Positions 1 through 15,205 of a stretch of 64,000 bases of DNA are shown here, in pieces (positions within the stretch are counted from its first letter, which is position 1; every line of letters starts with the position of its first letter). Below the pieces are notes generated by a model. That model saw nothing but the letters and a program-made list of their open reading frames with translations, was not told the DNA's origin and made no database searches. Origin of the DNA: the human T2T-CHM13v2.0 reference genome, Homo sapiens. The stretch lies in NCBI RefSeq assembly GCF_009914755.1, contig NC_060927.1. One strand, written 5' to 3'. The translations under genes were made by a program, and so were the position numbers.

Positions 1-150
1 TCCAGCTACTCGGGAGGGCTGAGGCTGGAGAATCACTTGAACACAGCAGGCAGAGGTGACAGTGAGCCAAGATCATGCCATTGAACTCCAGCCTGGGTGA
101 CCAGAGCAAAACTCCATCTCAAATAAATAAATAAATAAATAAAATAAAAT
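1..150 (+). mobile_element. Alu (S-like), 3' part of right arm with (AAAT)n tail; cut by window edge
   Basis: CCAGCTACTCGGGAGGGCTGAGG...CCAGCCTGGGTGAC...ACTCCATCTC followed by an A-rich tail. Confidence 0.95.
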
Positions 151-1224
151 AGTGGATGAAACTGTTGGCACATTAGCATGCATCAATATGGTGGCCCTTA
201 AGTTGGGAATACTAGCATGGTATTTGAAGCTGGATATAAATGGATCAATGCTTTTTGGGTTCTAAAGAATATGATGTTTAACCCTGGGTGATTTTTTTTC
301 CAAACAAGTTGTCCCTGAAGCAAACAGGTAAGAAATATAATTCTCAAACTCTGCAGAAGGAAGATAATATGACACACATAATTGATCTAACAGTTTATCT
401 TAATATAGAATTGCAGAAGTTTGCCACATACCCACTGTCTTCAGAAACCTTTAGCGAAACAGAGATGGCTGGGAGAAATTGAAAATCCACCAAGAGCTGA
501 GGCAGCTTTTGCACCGCTTCTGACTTGGAGAACTATTTTTGGTGACTTTCCAACATTTCTGAAACATCAAGTAATGCAAGGGAGCACAGGAATTAATATT
601 GAATTAATCATTCATTTCTGACATAATATTTTTAATTTAAATTAGTATTTGAAGTTTATTATTAGGAAAACATTTACATTTAGGTGGATTCCTTCTGCCT
701 TCTTGAGTTAAAAATTTGATTCTAACTGCCATTAAATGTTGAATCCTTCTCCATCCTGAATCAGAAAACAGGCCAAGTTCAAGACATTTTTACAGACTTT
801 CCAACTGATAGTAAAGTATAAATGTTTTCTAAGTAATATTGTTGGCAGCAATGCAAGTCTTATGGATATTCATTAGCATTTAAATTTTTTATTGCTATTA
901 TATCAGAATACTTATTGTTAGATAATAAAATGAATTAATTTATTATTGTTAACTATTTTGAGCATTTAGGAAACTAAAAATTTGTTTTCCTTCTCCATTC
1001 TAGGTTTTATAATGTAATATAATTAATACTTTGTAGAATACTTAACATAAATGTGTTTGGAAATCATTATATCATGTGATTTATGATTTAATAACTGCAA
1101 GTGATTCATCATTTTCTCTACTAAAAATGAGAATTATTTTCCCATAAACATGTTTGATAAACATTAAATTTAACCTCTTTTATACAAAATGTATATTTCC
1201 TGAAGAAAAGGCTTTTCTATTTTT

Positions 1225-1530
1225 TCATTATAACTTCACTGATATCTGATCTTATCCTTATTTTTTTTCCTTCTTCTTGCTTTAGGTTTATTTCGCTTTC
1301 CTTTTGCTAGGTTCCTGAAGTAGGACTTTAGAGTATTGATTTGAGACTTCAAATTTTCCAATATATGCATAGAGTGCTAAAACTTATTTCTTTAAGCATT
1401 TACTTAGTGTGTCTCCCAAATTCAGATAGGTGTATTTTTACTTTTATTTACAGCAGTCTATTTTTTCCCTGTGATGTATTTGTCTAGTTTTGGCTTCATA
1501 CTAATAATGTCCTCATAGAAAGAACTGAGC
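1225..1530 (-). mobile_element. Old L1M/L1ME ORF2 fragment
   Basis: T-rich antisense L1-like sequence (…cttgctttaggttta…ttgatttgagacttc…gtctagttttggc…cctcatagaaagaactgag); recognised by eye. Confidence 0.6.
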
Positions 1531-1689
1531 ACATATGTGGTAGAGTTATTCATTATTTTTTGCTCCATTTATACGACCATTGCATTATAAAATAAACATC
1601 TTTTTCTTTATTTGACAGAATGACAGAAACAGCAGTTCTCATCAATATTTTAACTGTCTCCCTATATTTTCAAACATCCATTCATCTAA

Positions 1690-1910
1690 TTTGTGCTATG
1701 AACATAGCCAATGCAATGTAAACAGGAGTGAAGTTCTTAGGCATTACAAGGTCCTACACAACCCCTTGGCTCTATGTTCCTCTGTTGTGATGCCCGAAAA
1801 GACTTTGTGCTCCAGTTGGTACAGTCCCAAGTTAGTGGAACCTCAGTTAGGGTGGGTTTCTGATGAATTTTGTGGAGCAGATCCCTCTGGCATCCCACAT
1901 TGCACATATG
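1690..1910 (+). mobile_element. MLT1J-like MaLR LTR fragment
   Basis: …agccaatgcaatgtaaacagg…tgtggagcagatccctctggcatcccacattgcacat resembles MLT1J/K motifs. Confidence 0.45.
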
Positions 1911-3720
1911 CATTTATTTATTTTATTCATTGCTTGTGGGTTTTCTGTTTTTTCTGTCTTCTCAAGTAGAATATATGCTCTTTAAAAGTATAAGCCTTTT
2001 TTTGTATATCTCAGCAAACATTAACCACCTAGTAATAAAGGTTTGTAGATATTTGTAGTATGTAAAAAATTAGATATTTGATTTGAATTTAAGCATCTTA
2101 AAAATTTTAAAAAGTATTAAAATTCAAATTATATGCCAAATTTTATCATATGAATACTACCAAAACTGTTCCTTATATAAGCAGGATAACATACTAACTT
2201 GTGGCTTTGAAATAAAATGTGTTTTCCATCATATCCTATCTTTCAAATTCTTACTAATTCTTCCTTACAGCGTTGTGCTTTATGATTTAAATATATATTA
2301 ATATTCACTTACAAAAATCATATAATAATTATATAACTTACCCACGCATGCAGCCAACTCCTTTAAGCACCAGACAAATGTTAGGCACATCCAGTCAGGG
2401 CATGGCTTTATTGTAGTTTGTCTATAGTGTTAAGTAAACATATTAAGTATCAAATCCACAATGATGCATACTACATGTTATAGAAATAAATCTATTTGAT
2501 TAGTATTTTAATACTATAATATTAACAATATATCCTATGAAAATAAATAATGATTCATAAAAATTTGGTGTAAGGTGATTTAGAATGAGGTTTTCTGCAC
2601 ATTGCATCCCTTTACTTCATTGTCTGCTACTCTTATACCACATTATTGAAACTTTCCATTTGATATCAGACACATCTGCACAAGCTCTATTTACAAGGGT
2701 GGCTACTGGCTTTCTTCTAGACAACAATGACTTGTTCATGAAATAGAAACTTAGTCTAAACTGGATCAAGCATTGCTTTTCCTAATATTTATATATTCTG
2801 AAACTGCAATATGTTCACCCTTTTTCTTTTTTTTTTTAAGTTGGATTGACAAAGAATTGAATTAGTTTGTGGCTCTCGAACCTACCCCAATGCACAGCCT
2901 ATGGAGAAAAACCATGCATGTTGGCAAAGAATCAAATTACAAGGCCAAGATATGACATAAAGAGTCAGCTCCTCTTGCTCCTCTTTTTGTGACCTGATGA
3001 ATACTTTACTGCTTAAACATGTATTGGGTTTTTGTCTGTTCCAATTAGAATTCCTGGAAAAAAGTAGTTCAATAGTAGTGAATTATGAAAGAGAAAAGGT
3101 GAGAAAAACATCCCAAATGTCTAAGAATAAGAGATTGAGTGAGCATATTTTTTATGTAAAACTAAGAATAAGTTATCATGTCTATGGAAATGTCATATTT
3201 AATGTTATGAATAAGTATTTACAAAGCATTGTTAAAATTCCATGCACACACACACACGCATATTTATAACTAGATTTAAGCATACATGTACATTTGTAAT
3301 CAGTTTTATGATTGGCTCACAGGTGGGCCGCACCAATGATAGCTGACACTTAGTATCATTTAAACTTATGGTCATATAACTATTCTCTATTCTTCCCAGA
3401 ATTAAAAATGTAAAACGTCTATTTACCTTGGGCCTTTCGTGAAATACTGTAACATCAATGCCAAAGGATGCAGTACATAACTTAAATACTGTTTATTGGT
3501 TCTTCCTTATAGCTCTTCACAATAGCGATTGGGAGAATAAAAGAATGATGGGATCACTTTTGCTGATCCCTGGACTATTAAGCCTTTCTTAACTGACTCA
3601 TCAATTCATTCAAATAAATATGTATTCAACACTGCATATCCATCAGATGCTCTTCTAGGCTACAGCAGCAAACAAGACAGAAAATGTCCCTGTGGATATT
3701 CCTTAGGATGTAGATAGGAA

Positions 3721-3766
3721 ACACACACACACACACATATACACACAAACATACACATTCACACAT
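3721..3766. repeat. Imperfect (CA)n microsatellite
   Basis: acacacacacacacacatatacacacaaacatacac. Confidence 0.9.
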
Positions 3767-4064
3767 ATAAAAATAAGGTGACTCTATGGTCTTTTATAAA
3801 GGTTGAAAATATGCTAGGGAACTATGAATGCAAATACCACTATTTTTACAGAATAATTAGCAATATTATTTCTGAGGGTTTGTCATAAACATAGTGACCT
3901 GAATAAAGTGAAAGAGACTGGCAGATGGGCATATGGAGGGTTGGGGGAGCACTCAAGGCAACGTCAAGGGCAAGTGCACGTCCCCTGAGGCAAGATCAAA
4001 CATGGAGTGCTCAAAGAACAGGAGGACAAAAATTGTGGCTGTATCCCAGTGAAAAATAATAAAT

Positions 4065-4420
4065 TTCCAGACACAGTTGCTCTATCCTGTAGTTACAACA
4101 ATTTGGGAGGCTGAGGCGGGAGGATCAGTTGAGCTCAGGACTTCAAAACTAGCTTGGGCAACATGGCAAAACCCCATATCTACCAAAAATACAAAAATTA
4201 GATGGACGTGGAGGTGCGCACCTGTGGTTCCAGCTACTCAGGAGTATAAGGTGGGAGGATCGCTTGAATGTGGGAAGCAGAAGTTGTTGTGAGCCAAGAT
4301 CACGCCACTACACTCCATTCTGGCTGACAGAGAGAGACCCCATCAAAAAACAAACAAACAAACAAAAAACCAAACAAACAAAAAAACAAGTAAATAAGTA
4401 TATAGATAATAAATAAATAT
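4065..4420 (+). mobile_element. AluJ
   Basis: Two degenerate arms, J-type ggaggatcgcttga, A-rich tail; probable TSD aaaaataataaat (4052-4064)/aaaaataatgaat (4421-4433). Confidence 0.9.
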
Positions 4421-7400
4421 AAAAATAATGAATGGCAAAGAGATCAGAGAGTTTCCAAGGGTCTGGATCTTAGAAGTCCTTGTAAGCCATGCTAAGAACT
4501 TACATTAATTTATATTTGTTTTTGATTTTAGATAATAATGTATATTTACTTTGTTTTAGAAAAGAAAGACAAAGGTGCAAATTTTACAACTTAAAAAGTA
4601 AGAGGAGAGACTTTAGGGACAATTTGCCTTCTGAGTACATTATATTTACCTGAAAAAATATGCAATCCCTAACAAATTAAACTGTCATGCATAAAAAAAC
4701 TCTTGAACTGTAATTGTCCTATTTCCAGTCAGCAAGTATGAAATAATTAGTATAACTTAATTATCCAAGATTGTCCCTCAAATTATCCTTATACTTTAAT
4801 TTCTATGAGTATTATATGTTATAAATTATTGGCCTCTTAGTACCTTCAAAAGATTACTGAAGTTTATTTACCAAAATAAATTTACTTCATCAAAATTATT
4901 GTAGTAATAACCCAAAAGAAATAAATTTCTTATTATAAATTTTAAATTGTTGTTTTCTTTTAAATGTTTCTCTCCAAGCCTGGTGTCTATGCATATGTAT
5001 ACACAGATTTTATTAATTATAATTATAAAATCCAATTTATATTTTTTCACTTAACATTTATTTGTATCCCTCATTTTCATAATCATGCTGATTATATCTA
5101 ATCTAAACTGAAATCTACAACTACATTATAGAGCAACTGCCTATTAATCAACTCAATAATGCAACTTACATTTCCAAACTCAACACAGGACATCTTACAG
5201 TGATTTATAATTTATGTTTCTTATGCAGGAAAATTAATTCATGATTAATTTATTCTTATGAAACAATCTTTTACTCTGGTAGTCTTGCTTCACAATACTT
5301 CATTATAGATTTTAACTTGGAACTAGTTGACGTTTTCTAAGATTTTCACTCTGATCATGTAATAAATTTGACATAAATGAAAATATATATTTTCTTACCA
5401 GTTTAAATTTCAAAATTCAAATGTGGTATTATATACAACTTCATTGGTTAGAAATTTTTAATCTTCTCTACAGGCAGTAGCAATACATATTCAAACTGTC
5501 TCAAATGCTGTGCTATATTTTTACATTTGCTAGTTCTCTTATGATTGCAGAATAAATATACTTTCATTTCAGTTTGTTATTTTAAAGCTATGTCTTGTGG
5601 GTAAGAAAGAAAGTAATAATTTCTTGTCACAAGAAAGCTATAATTATGTGCATTTATATTTAACCTTTGTAGATATTACTCATTAGCATCTAGTAGCACT
5701 CGCATAGTTTACATTTTGATACACAACTTTTGTATAATGCCTGTAATGACTATGGTAATCTTTGACTTCAGACTGTTTTTTTCTTTGAAAATATTTCATC
5801 AATGTCAGAGTGCAAACGTCTAACAACAAGGCATTGGGTGACATCTATAATGTTTTCTACTATTATAAAAATTCAATCATGTGAATACCACTTTTAGAAA
5901 ACATCTACTTTTTTATAAGTGTGAAAGATGAGAGTGAAAGGCCTAATCCATAAAAGCAAATGCTAAACAGGAAGATTGTAGAATAGCACTGACTCAAAGG
6001 AAATCAAATTGACAAAATAATCAGGGGTGGAAGGATAGGTTAGGGAGACCTAGCTACCCTGTTATATCTTAAAGTAACACAAAATTAAAGTTCTCATTAA
6101 TGGGCTTTACTGTCTTGACATCAGAAGCAAGTAGAACACATCATCAAGAGGAAATCGGCATTTCTTTCTAAGTAGCTGTTCCTTTCCTTTCATCACTTGT
6201 CATCACCTTTATATAGATCATATATTATTAACAATAACACTGTGGAGGTTTTAAAAGACTGAAAGAAATTTCACTGCCTGACATGTTTCTCAATAGATCA
6301 TAGGCACAAGAGTGTGTTGGATTCAGGCATTCACAAACACTTTTATCCCTTTACAAAATTGTTTTTAGATTTTGTTCTGACTTTCCAAGTGCTTTTAATG
6401 GAATAAATAATAAATAGAAAATGTTGGAATTTAATAAAAGCGATCGAAATTTATTTTTTGCCAATGAATGGATATTTTGTTGTATGTTAATGGCTGCAGA
6501 CATGTCCTTTTTATCTTTTTGAAGGGTAAAGTAGATGATCTGTTGTTTTATTCTAAACTTAAATTCTGTCATCTGATTTATTTCTAGTTACTCCAATTCC
6601 TTTGCATTTTTAATAAAAGTAAAATGAGGAAAAATAGAGCATTTTCATATTTTGTTTTAGATTACTACTGAATATCATAATACACATGTATATTAAATAT
6701 ATATTTTTATATAAACATGTATGCCCACTTGGTGTTCATATTATAATCAATGATTGCCTTTATTATTTATAGTGAAATTCCTATTTTCTGATAAACATAG
6801 ACTGATTTTGTTTTCCATCAGCCCAGTTGAGCATTATTTTATCATTTTATGTGATTTAAAGTGAACTTACTTAAATATGACTGTGATCCACAGTTCCACT
6901 AGAGTGTACTATAAAGATCTGGTTGAAGCGGCCAGCCTTAATAGATACATCTTGGCAGAGAAGATTCTTAGAGAAGAATGGATTTTCCATCTTTCTGCAA
7001 CTAATCAGTCCCTTGCCAAAAGCAGATCTTACTTTTATTATCTAATGGTAAACTGGAAACTGCTAGCCTAATATATATCACCCAATTTTTAAATTTCTCC
7101 TGCATGCATTTACCTTAAAGGAGCATATAAACTTAGACTTTTAAAATTAATCCTGCTTTCTTCTAATTTGTTCACTCTTTTTCTTTGTTCCAAAGGTATT
7201 ATAACACAATTAATGTAAAAAATACATCATTAACATTTATCCAATAAGGTTAGGTACTTTCTAATGAAATTCTCCACTTAGTTTTCAAGAAAGTTTTAAA
7301 TAAGAAAAAAGTCAAATTAGTTATTCCTACTTAAAAATATATGAGGGATTTCAATACCCATTAAGTATAAGCCCTTAAGAAATATAAAACTATAAATAGT

Positions 7401-8059
7401 TGAAAATGCATTTTGCTATGATTAATAGTTTAAGTCAATGGCGATTCAACAGATTTGCAGAGTAAGTGATGTTGAGTGCAATTTCTTTTTCTTAACATTT
7501 AATTTTGAATATGAGATCTCTGTTCCAAGTTATTTACTGAAGCTAATTTTGAATAAACAACCTTGTTGATCTATAGATAATCCTTCTCAAATAGTGTCAT
7601 ATTGCCACTATTTCCCATTAGGCAACAAGCACAAGGTTAAAACAAAAACAAAACAAAAAGAAACAAAAAAAAACAGGTAAAGTAGCTTGAAAAGACCTAT
7701 GACTATGATTATTGGTAACAAGAAACTTATATCAAAAGATTTGAAAATCACAAACTCAAATCAAAACAAAACAAAAAATACCAACACCACCAACAACAAA
7801 ATTTCTTACCTGACCACCCTTTCCACTCAAAGTAAATAAAGTCAAATGACAGTACTAAAAAACTATATGACTATTTGGGTATAAAAATTAATCTTACCCT
7901 TACCTTTCATGGTAGAGAATAGGACACAAAAACTCTGCTGATCCCAGGAACATATTCCCCAATGCCCATTTGGGATGTTGCTACATTAGAATTACTGAGG
8001 GATAATTTCCCAGTAAAAGAAAAGTTCCAAAGATAAAGTCCCTTCATAAAGTGGGATCT

Positions 8060-8615
8060 GATCACAGTAAGAAACATTCTGTAGTCTTAAATATGTAAGA
8101 GACAACACATCAAACCTGAAGAACCACATTCAGAACACAGAAAAAGAAGAAACTTTCTCCACTGTTGTATTGTGTCAGCATAATTCTAATGTCAAAACCT
8201 TACTAAGACATTATAAGGAAATAAGGAAATAAATTATAGACCTAGATTTGTCATGAACAAAAGCACACACCCATAGCTAAAATACAGGCAAATAAATCCA
8301 TCAACATTTTTTAAAGTTAAAACATTATAGCCATGTAGGTTTCTCTGAATACTGAAAAGTTAATTAACATTTTAAAACCTAGCGGTATAATTCTGCAAAG
8401 TAACATAAAATAAGAAACATAAGATCATTTTAGCTGACAGAAATACCTTTTGACAATATTTGGAATTTATTCATGGTGCAAACTCTCAGCAAATTTGTAG
8501 TGTAAGATTTCTCTCAACTTGATATTAGGCACCTATGTGATCATGGGTCAGGCAAAAGTTTCTTGGAGAAAACACAAAAATCATAAGAATAAAAGAAAAA
8601 GTATACATAAATTAA
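8060..8615 (+). mobile_element. Old L1M ORF2 (RT region) fragment
   Basis: …aattatagacc…catgaac…ccttttgacaatatt…aactctcagcaaatt… corresponds to the degenerate NYRPISL/AFDKI/KTLSKL coding region. Confidence 0.65.
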
Positions 8616-8619
8616 CATT

Positions 8620-9990
8620 GTCTTTTATTGAGCCGATTTCGATTTTATTAAAGTCTAATTTATCATGTAATGGTTATTTGTTTCTGTTCTTGTGTTAAAA
8701 AATTGTCTTCCCAGACTTCAGTCATGAATGTTTTCCTATGCTGTCCACCCTAAGGATATTATTGTTTTCCTTTTTTAGGTTTAAGTCTACTACCCATCTG
8801 ATATGGTTAGGCTTTGTGTTGCTGTCCAAATCTTATCTTGAATTGTAATTCTCATAATCCTCGTAATCTCCACGTATCAAGGGAGTGACCACGTGGAGGT
8901 AAGTAAATCATGGGGGGGCAGTTTCACCTATACTGTTCTTGTGATCATGAGTGAATCTCATGAGATCTGACGGTTTTGTAAGGGACTCTTCCTTCTTTGC
9001 TCAGCATTTCTCTTTCCTGGCACCTTGTGAAGAATGTGCCTTGCATCCCCTTAGCCTTCTGCAATGACTGTAAGTTTCCTGAGGCTGCCCCAGCCATGCT
9101 GAACTGTGAGTCAATTAACCTTTTCCCTTTATAAATTACCCAGTCTCTGGCAGTTCTATATAGCAGCGTGAAAATGGACGAATACACAATCTGAAATTAG
9201 TTTTTAATTTGAGGTGTGGTAAGGGTTGTTTCATTTTTTTCTCCTGTTTATTCCAAATTAAATGTGTATCTACATTGAACTGTTTTGATAATTTGGTTGA
9301 AAATAAGATAACTACATATGTGTATACCCGTTTCTATCAGCTTTCCCATTTTAACAGAAAATCTACTGTAATTCTGAAATTAAACCTGCATTTAAATTAA
9401 AATCAATAGACAGATGTGGTGAGGATTACCATATTAACAATATTGAGTCTTTTAATACACATGATATTACTTTATTTATGTAAGTATTTAAAAGTTTCTT
9501 TTGATAATGCATTGAAGCACTTAGTGTAGATATCATACACATATTCTAAAAATAATATGTGAAATAATGTGCACCATATTTTTAGAAAGTTTATCTGTAA
9601 GCATTTTATGTTTTGGATGCTATTGTAAATAGAATTTTAAAACTCATTGACAATTGTTCATCACTGGAATTGAAATGTATTGTCAGGTGTTGTATACTAA
9701 CATTGTATTCTGAGACCATGATAACTTATCTTAATCTATGAGTTGCCTTGTAGAATTTTTATGATTTATTACATTAATCATCATGCCATCGAATTAAAGA
9801 CATGTTTTCATTTCTGAGCTTTATTCTATTTCATTTTTTTGGCTGTATTACAATGGCTAGTATCTCAAGTTCTATGCTGATTGTAAGTAGAATATATGAG
9901 GATATTCACCTTGTTCACAGTCTTACGGGGAAAAGGTTCAATATTTTGACATTAACTAAGAGGGTAGTTACTGATTTTTTTAAGTTTCTC
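8620..9990 (-). mobile_element. Old L1M ORF2 fragments interrupted by THE1D
   Basis: Antisense L1 motifs (aggtttaagtc…ccatc|tgaaattagtttt; ccatattaacaatattgagtctt; ggatgctattgtaaat; gatattcaccttgttc). Confidence 0.7.
8799..9186 (+). mobile_element. THE1D-like (ERVL-MaLR) solo LTR
   Basis: TGATATGGTTAGGCTTTGTGT…GTAAGTTTCCTGAGGC…AAATTACCCAGTCTC…AATACA; TG…CA ends; 5-bp TSD ccatc/caatc. Confidence 0.92.
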
Positions 9991-10569
9991 TGAGAGAAAG
10001 AAATAGAGAGCTGTTTACAGCATTCCTAGGTAATGTAGTTAAAATAAACAAAAACTATTTTGTAACAAAATAATTAAAATTTAGTAAAATATAATTAGCC
10101 TTCACAAGAGAAAAGTTATGTCTGTTTAAAACAACAACTTTAGAATGTTCACTGTTTCACAAAATCCAACTTTGTAACATTAAATATTAACATTTTATAA
10201 AAAATTAGGTATTTGTACTAACTTGGGGTGAGTCCAGTCCTCACTGTCTCACAGAGACCATCTTAGACATGAATGTGCCTTTTTCCCTGGATAAAATTAG
10301 TAAATTTAAAATAAAATTTAAATGTTCCGTAAATGAATTGAAAAATCTTGGAAAGTAAGTCATAAGTAATTGATTTAATACATCTTTTGAAGGTAAGGAT
10401 TGATTAATTTATGGAAAAGTAGAGAATTTGTTTTCCAGTATTAAAATTTAAATATTATGCTAATTATCCAGAATAAGCAACAATGAGATGACATAAATAA
10501 TTAGAACTAGAAATTTTAGAATGGAAGATAGTTCATGCATTAAATTTTTTTATTCAAAAGTATAATTTA

Positions 10570-10869
10570 GGCTGGGCATGGTGGCTCACACCTGTAATCC
10601 TGACATTTTGTGAGGCCAAGACAGGAGAATTGCCTGAGCCCAAAGGTTCAAGACCAGCCTGGACAATATGGCAAGACCCTGTCTCTACAAAAAATAAATA
10701 TATAAATAAACTAGCCAAACATGGTGGCACACACTGGTAGTTCTAGCTACTTGGGATGCTGAGGCAGGAAGATCACTTAAGGTAAAGGTAGAGGCTGCAG
10801 TGAGCCATATTCATGCCCCTACACTTCAGCCCAGATGACAGACTGAGATCTTATCTCAAAAAAAAAAAA
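10570..10869 (+). mobile_element. AluJ
   Basis: Dimeric Alu with J-type features and poly(A); degenerate TSD aaaagtataattt/aaaaggatgattt. Confidence 0.92.
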
Positions 10870-13138
10870 AAAAGGATGATTTGGAGCTGTGCCAGAGACA
10901 TATTGTCCCTCTATAGTAACATATTTTGCTAATATATATGGGATAAATGGCAATGTGCAAGTCATATAAGCATACTGAGATTATAAGTTTTGTTTGTTTT
11001 TCTCTATTACATTTAGTTAAAGCTTTAATTAATGTGATTGTGCCACCTATGATTGTTGTACATATTCTTATCCACAAACAGAAGTGGTTATAGCCCTAGT
11101 TCTGGACTTGAGATTGTATTTGACTTTGATAAGCTAAGCAATTGTATCAATGCTGTTTAGGATAATTAGATGGTTCCCTAAACAAATATCTAGTTGCACA
11201 TGCATCTTTCCATTTTCCCTCATAGTAACATTCCTGGATTTGATTACATATTTTCCCTCAAAACAGCCTTCTTCTGTCCTGAAAATCTTGAAATATGTAG
11301 ATTTTCTACAGTAACAATAAGTAAGTATAAATCAAAGAAAAATAAAGGCAGATCTCTAGATTTCTGGATTTCAGGATTCAGTTCACTGTTATTTAGAATT
11401 AGTGTAGTTGAAGCAAGGGATCATAATGTGGTGTCCCAATTAAGACTTTGTTGGTAACATAGTACAGGTTTAATACGCTTAATAATAGAACATATCTGTT
11501 AAATTTGCAACTTTCCTGTTAAATTTGCAAACACAAAAATACTAAAGTTAAATCCAACAGCTATTATTCAGTTCTCTATATTTTCTATGGTCAAATACTT
11601 ATTTCTACAACTGTGTTCTTTTCGAGCCCAGAATTTTTTTCAACTTTTAATTACTTTTAATAATAATACACAAATATAGCCATATTTGATATTGATTAAA
11701 ATTTTAGTTTTAGTTTGCTGTTCATTTATTGGGAGGGAGACTACATTTAAAAACATATAATATTACAAACTATAAAAATAAAGATAATATAAACATAATT
11801 TTACTACTTAGGAAGAAAACAGCAAATATAAAATATTTTGTAGCTTATTTCTGCAACATATTATAGATAATATGCAGCATTAATGTTTGGTTCTAAAAGT
11901 CAAGTAGTTCATGTATGTTTGATTATGAATATTTTACCATTTTTATTTACTGTTTTGATATTTTAACTGAGATGTTTTCTTTATTTTCCCCCTCTGTCAC
12001 TACTCCAGAATAGTGAAATAAATACCACTGGGGTATCAAGAACAGTTTTGAGTGCCTCACATAAATAACAACGTAATTCTAGTTGTCAAAGGTGCTTTGA
12101 TTAATGTACTGAACAAAATCAGTTAGGCTCCACACTCTGGAGTTTTAGATGCTTTTAAGCTGGTGCACAGTATGTCATAACTCTTATTCTTACGATTCTA
12201 AGGCTTAAGTGGAAGCTTTATGTATCTCTTGGTAATTCTGTGCAGAGCCAAGTGACAAAACAGATGCAACTGACCTTCTTGCCTAACTCTCCATCTTACA
12301 TTTAAAAGAAAATTAACAGACATAAAGATGTTAGTATTATCTATGTCTGCAAGATAACAACTCACAAAAATTTGCATAAGTATAAAGTGTGTCTATGAAC
12401 AATGATTATCAAATAAAGAAAATTATCCATAAAAAGAATGTTAATCAAAAGCTATTAAAATTATTTTAAATTAAGGAACCATCATGTTGAAAAAAAATTC
12501 TGACTATTTAAAAGAAGAATATTAACTGAGCGCTGATTTTAGTGCTGGACAACACAATGAAATCCCTGTATTTTTTTATTGCATCATTTCATTTTACCAT
12601 ACAAAAGTGATGCAAGAGACATGCAGATAACAAAGTCTTAAAATTATTTTGGGAAATTATCTTAACAGTATTCAACTTCTTTCAAATATTGATTGATAAC
12701 GAAGGAGAAAACTAGAATACCTGCATGCAGTGATAATTCTTTTTAATACACCATCTTAAAGGAAAGTTAAGCTGTTGACATTTCCCAAAAATGACAAACA
12801 GCAATTACAAAATAGTTTATAGTTACTTGTTTACTGACTTTCTAAATCATTTTCCTACATAGAACCCAATGAGAATGTTCATGGCCATAAAATGTTTTCT
12901 TTTTTGAATTTTCTTGAAAACTTAGTTAAAAGATTTTTCACTTGGTTTTTCCTCAGTCTATAATTGTAGGCACATTGAGAGGATTTGTAAACATAAGGAA
13001 TGCAGAGTTAAGTCTTCAATCAAGGAATTTCTTATGTAACAATAATAAAAATAGTATATCTAGAAATGATTTAGCACCACTATATTTTTGTTATTGATAT
13101 AATCATATCAACTATATGCTTATAATAGTTAATTTCTT

Positions 13139-13450
<312 letters not shown>

Positions 13451-13481
13451 AATAGTTAATTTTTAATATGTAAAATAATGA

Positions 13482-13870
<389 letters not shown>

Positions 13871-14116
13871 TCAGAAAAGGCTACAGGATAAAATGAAGCC
13901 AAGTTGGATTTCATTAGGGGATAAAATTTCTCCTTTTGGAGACAATATATGCAAAGATAAGATAAGACTACTCAGTTGATAGGAACAACATTCATTCTGG
14001 TGAGTACCGTGTGATAGGAAGAAATAGTGTTGCAAAAACCGAATTTGGAGCATAAGAGCCAGCATAAAGAGAATGGATCTTATTCTTTAAAAAGCCTTTA
14101 GAAAAACTCGTAAAAT

Positions 14117-14119
<3 letters not shown>

Positions 14120-14153
<34 letters not shown>
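14120..14153. repeat. (CA)n microsatellite
   Basis: About 17 perfect CA units. Confidence 0.95.
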
Positions 14154-14157
<4 letters not shown>

Positions 14158-14210
14158 ATACGCTGCAGTCATTGACACAGACTCCTTATTTTTATTAAAA
14201 GTAATGTCCA

Positions 14211-14557
14211 GCCCGGGCACGGTGGCTCATGCCTGTAATCCCAGCAGTTTGGGAGGCCGAGGCTGGCAGATCACTTGAGGTCAGGAGTTTGAGACCAGCC
14301 TGGTCAACATGGTGAAACCCTGTCTCTACTAAAAATACAAAAATTAGCTGGGTGTCATGGCACATGCCTGCAATCCCAGCTACTCGGGAGGCTGAGACAG
14401 GACAATCGCTTGAACCCAGGAGGCGGAAGTTTCAGTGAACCAAGATTGTGCTGCTGCACTCCAGCCTGGGCGACAATGCAAGACTCTGTCCAAAAAAAAA
14501 CAAAACAGAAAAGAAGAGAAGAGAAGAGAAGAAAAAGAAAGAAAGAGAAAAAGAAAA
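14211..14557 (+). mobile_element. AluS (Sx/Sz-like) with GA-rich tail
   Basis: Full Alu; TSD aaaagtaatgtcca (14197-14210)/aaaagtaatgttca (14558-14571). Confidence 0.95.
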
Positions 14558-15205
14558 AAAAGTAATGTTCAGAAACACATAGCTGAAAAATTAAATAAAA
14601 CATTCTTACTAACTAAATTCAGCCAAAGAAAAATGCAAAAATCTTCTAAACAGAAATGCCAATATTCAGGATATATGTAAAGCTACACATATACACACAT
14701 ACAAACCTTCTTTGAGGAAGAGACATAAAAATAACCAAAGAAGAAAGATAATCAGCAAATTAAATACACGGGCAAATTTATACTTCCAAAACAGCATGTG
14801 ACAGTGCAGCCAGAAATGCATTTCTACATAAGCATATTTAAAGCATTCAGTAAAATGGTTTATGACTCATTACACAGTATAGTACTAAACATGTTATAAA
14901 CAAGCAAACAGAAAATGTAGAAATGAAAAAAGTAGGCATGAATTTTAAGTAGAGAAACTAATTTTAAGTAAACTAAAATTAATATGTTAACACATATTAA
15001 TTATATTAAATTAAAGATTTTAAATATATTAAGTAATCACAAATTACATAGAATACAGTACATAAAATGGAGATAGAGAAAGCACACAAAAGAGGTTAAT
15101 GGAAGTAAGATAAAATGGAAAACTTCAACCAGGTCTAGTAGGAGTTCCTGAAAGAGGAATAGCAGATGAGCACAGTTAGCAGAGACAGTAGTCAAGAAAA
15201 CAGGG

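Larger units (their letters stand above)
3595..4505 (-). mobile_element. LINE-2 (L2a-like) 3' fragment interrupted by (CA)n and an AluJ
   Basis: L2 3' end signature tcattcaaataaatatgtattcaacac…gctcttctaggc; L2-like …agagatcagagag…ccttgtaagccatgctaagaac resumes after the Alu. Confidence 0.65.

Noticed and set aside
288-621. Short ORFs and a CAG|GTAAGA donor-like site at ~325-333 as a possible exon
   Set aside because: No convincing acceptor or coding signal; such motifs occur by chance in 64 kb
11496-11530. 15-bp direct repeat ctgttaaatttgcaa x2 (also a 25-bp tandem duplication at ~51127-51182)
   Set aside because: Ordinary slippage duplications with no further structure
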